Below, piece after piece: positions 62,505 to 64,000 of a DNA stretch of 64,000 nucleotides. The stretch covers positions 615,722-679,721 of the forward strand of contig OZ287703.1 in NCBI GenBank assembly GCA_965649825.1, written 5' to 3'. A model generated the notes under the pieces. It ran no database searches, was not told the DNA's origin, and saw only the letters and a program-made list of their open reading frames with translations. Source of the stretch: Penicillus capitatus (lineage: Eukaryota; Plantae; Chlorophyta). Numbering within the stretch: position 1 is the stretch's first letter; each line of letters begins with the position of its first letter. A program made the translations under genes and the position numbers.

Positions 62505-62899
62505 GGTGGATGGATGAATGGATGCTGATCCCCTCAACGAGAGCGCTGTCCTGGATGTCGCTGTCAGATGTCGGTTGAGGCGATGGACGACGGCCTCGTT
62601 TGCAAAGAAACACATCTTAAACACACAACGAATTCAAACCTCGCTAGAAACACATTGATTGGAGATTTGGTGCACAAGGTTTCAAACACACTCACACAGA
62701 CATCTAGGAGTCACTGCTTTTGAGTTTCTGTAAATAGGGTCTGGGCATCAGTGGCTTCGAGCATTGGGGTGTGTCAATGCATGTATCTGTCCATGCATTT
62801 GCATTTTGCATGCCAACGATTGATAAATTGAAATTCAGAATGGCGGTATGTCTCGCGTCCACGCTCAGAGCAAGCTTATCAAAAGTTTAGTTGTCTTCT

Positions 62900-64000
62900 T
62901 CATCGTCACCGTCATCTTGTTGCTGTCCTGAGAGATGAGGCAGGTTTTATTGTTGTTAGCGTAAGAGTCAAGAAAGACGATTTGGATTGAGGTACTCCAT
63001 CAAGCCATAGATAGACGGCCCTCCTTATTTCTCAGAAATCTGCCCGGCATCCATTCCAAGCAAACACAGACATGAAACAGAGAAGCAAGAACCTATATGG
63101 CTGCAACTGTACGCATACTTAAGACGAGAAATATAAGCGAGAAGAGGCACTCTGCCTTCAGAAGAGGCAGGAAAAGCACGCTCTTTTCTCCTGCACTGAC
63201 AACCTGTATACAGAATGAAATACAAAACCGATGGATGTCAGTTGGTTCTCAGGTTCTCGCCGGAACCCCACTCAACATAACCCAGATGACTAACGAACGA
63301 ATAGAGGATCAATCTGATGATGGCTCTCAGGACCACTGAATAATGTACGGACAGGTTTCGTGAAGTGGCATGCATTAATAAAATTGCTAGAGCAGAACAA
63401 ACGACAGAACCTTGCAGACAATGATGGTCTTGAAGCAATGAAACCTGCTTTCCTTACTGGCTTGTGAGAAAAAGATCCACAAGAATCTCTATCAGCGTCT
63501 CCGCAATGGTATTGTCTTAGTTGTGGTGGCGCCTCGATAAATGGCCCACGATCATGCTGCCGAATCCGGTGGCTGCTCCGACGGCAGCACCCCAACACAG
63601 TATGCCTTTCATGTTTAACGTCGCTTGGCGTAAGCCTCTCGTCGTGCCCGGATGAATCTACACAGACAGATATATCCACTGCCCAGCCGCCGGCGGCGGC
63701 GGTGGCGGCGGAATGCGTACTTGATACGGCGCACGGTCATCTGTCGATTTCGCATCGGCATCCGAGCGATCAGCACCCACCCTCTCTATCGAACGAGGAG
63801 TACGAGAGACGGTGGCGTTTTCAAGTCTCGGTCCCGATTCTGTCGAGGAATGGGCATCGTGAGAGATCTGCTTTGGAATCAGGTGTGCAGAACCAAACTG
63901 AAAACAGCATCACCACCGTGCGCAAGACATCGAAGAAGCCCATCTTCCCTCACCTGTATGCCCGTCTGTGTTAGCACTTCTTCGACTTCGGCTGCCGTAA
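62900..64000 (-). CDS. Partial uncharacterised gene running off the window end
   Basis: GT-AG-bounded open exons (AAEVEEVLTQTGIQ; FGSAHLIPK...DRAPYQ; IHPGTTRG...); the 3' structure is unresolved. Confidence 0.35.

Noticed and set aside
63380-63520. LVDLFLTSQ...SSNF resembling a fucosyltransferase motif
   Set aside because: The frame is interrupted, the splice model is ambiguous, and the similarity is only a few residues

Overview
This is a very compact eukaryotic nuclear genome segment, not a prokaryotic one. It holds about 33 protein-coding genes split by short (mostly ~40-60 nt) spliceosomal introns, one tRNA-Trp, and no CRISPR array or clearly intact transposon. The host is most likely a chlorophyte green alga: there are plastid-targeted Mg-chelatase H and DapF genes, flagellar IFT genes, TGTAA signals just after several stop codons, and a REX1 locus. 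A siphonous ulvophyte is only a guess. The standard genetic code fits. Gene models were built by hand-splicing, so exon boundaries are approximate. Housekeeping genes include PP5, POLK, PGM3, XPO1, RPL27A, PRP31, ATM/ABCB7, DAPF, MON1, PIS, RPP30, an XRN, a Cid1-type nucleotidyltransferase and bL25. Main observations the ORF track misses: (1) an intron-split TFB5/REX1-S ORF ends 3 nt before REX1-B, with the signature of a leaky-scanning bicistron; (2) a SELENOK gene has an in-frame UGA (Sec) and an atypically short SECIS-like hairpin; (3) IFT46 and IFT52, which bind each other, sit tail-to-tail 22 bp apart; (4) a COQ7-like protein appears to have lost most di-iron ligands; (5) the Mg-chelatase H is the CHLH2 type; (6) a double zinc-knuckle is fused to DUF1995; (7) at least three GC-AG introns occur; (8) an inverted orphan paralog pair shows mostly synonymous divergence; (9) several divergent gene pairs have only 31-60 bp between start codons.
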